From Promethearchaeota archaeon (GTDB taxonomy: Archaea > Asgardarchaeota > Lokiarchaeia > Sigyniarchaeales > SOKP01): 16,964 nt of DNA. Positions 16,279-16,964 of this stretch are shown piece after piece. The notes under the pieces were generated by a model that was given only the letters and a program-made list of their open reading frames with translations, was not told where the DNA came from and ran no database searches. Position numbers and translations under genes: made by a program. Location of the stretch: NCBI GenBank assembly GCA_018238625.1, contig JABCSY010000090.1:1-16964 (forward strand), in the 5' to 3' direction. The first letter of the stretch is position 1. The number at the start of each line of letters is the position of its first letter.

Positions 16279-16964
16279 TCACTTAGTTAATAACTTCAAT
16301 AATTTGATAAAAATATTAGGGTTTTTTAACGAAAATTTGATTAAAAATGTAATAACTAATGGGTTTTTTAATAACTTGAAAATTAAATCTTTTGGGAAAT
16401 CCATATCGCCATAGAGCGTAATAATATGCTCAATTTTATTTTCTTTTACTATTTTAAAGAAAACTTCAAAATCTTTGTTTGTTAGTCTTTCTAAAATAAG
16501 CCGTATAATGTAATGAAGCTTTAATTCTTTACCAATTGTTCTCAAACAAGGCTTTTCGTAATGTTTTTTAATAAATCTTTTTGAAAAATTATTCTGTTTG
16601 AAACTAAGTTTAACGCAATTTGAAGCGTGCTTCGCAGCAGTTAATAACATGACAATGCCTCCTCCTGTTGTGGCTTTAACTTGCCCTGCTGCGTCCCCTA
16701 ACAATAAAACATGCTTAAAAGCGCTTTTGTTCGTAATTCCGTACGGGATAATCCCTCCTTGCTGATCTATCTTATTGTTGATATCTATGCCTAACTTCTT
16801 TAAAAAAATAAGGAAACTTTTTTTTACGTTTTTAGAGGATGCTATGCCAAGTCGGTAAATATTATTACCCTCTGGTACAATCCAACCAAATAATTGTTTC
16901 CATAAAGGGTGGAAGTACATAACTGCTTCGTTTTCGTCAAAATTGCCTTTAATTCTAATTTGAG
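16279..16964 (-). CDS. Geranylgeranyl reductase family FAD oxidoreductase, 5' part outside the window
   Basis: FGWIVP, GGIIP and LLGDAAGQVKATTGGGI. The frame stays open to the window end (QIRIKGNFDENEAV precedes the listed Met). Confidence 0.9.
   Translation of the reverse strand, partial: QIRIKGNFDENEAVMYFHPLWKQLFGWIVPEGNNIYRLGIASSKNVKKSFLIFLKKLGIDINNKIDQQGGIIPYGITNKSAFKHVLLLGDAAGQVKATTGGGIVMLLTAAKHASNCVKLSFKQNNFSKRFIKKHYEKPCLRTIGKELKLHYIIRLILERLTNKDFEVFFKIVKENKIEHIITLYGDMDFPKDLIFKLLKNPLVITFLIKFSLKNPNIFIKLLKLLTK

Noticed and set aside
1-16964. CRISPR array, tRNA or rRNA genes
   Set aside because: No regularly spaced repeat-spacer series or GC-rich structured RNA segment was seen. The IS-end repeats are transposase-type sites.

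Overview
AT-rich archaeal-type window, probably from an Asgard archaeon (Lokiarchaeia/Promethearchaeota). This is an inference from TATA/BRE-type promoters, oligo-T terminators, a geranylgeranyl-reductase-family gene, paralogous UROD/MtaA-like genes and an archaeal 3-Cys peroxiredoxin. The backbone genes are a conserved hypothetical (5' partial), a SAM methyltransferase, a DUF2156 protein, an orphan HerA/DUF87-type ATPase with a coiled-coil tail, a peroxiredoxin, an M42 aminopeptidase, an OFA-type MFS transporter, a membrane-anchored alpha/beta hydrolase, a small membrane protein, two UROD-family enzymes and a GGR (5' partial). Three accessory insertions interrupt this backbone. (1) An MNT-HEPN toxin-antitoxin (TA) pair flanked by a degenerate 47-bp direct repeat. 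(2) A complete 1777-bp IS481/Mu-like DDE element with TGT...ACA ends, repeated sub-terminal sites and a 7-bp target duplication. (3) A mosaic of gene fragments between the two UROD paralogs. There, a ParE/RelE TA pair sits inside a circularly permuted 3' half of trpG/pabA bounded by an exact 15-bp direct repeat, and this unit is possibly nested in a 13-bp direct repeat. The most unusual signal is that both TA modules look like integrated small circles bounded by unrelated direct repeats, with no integrase in the window.
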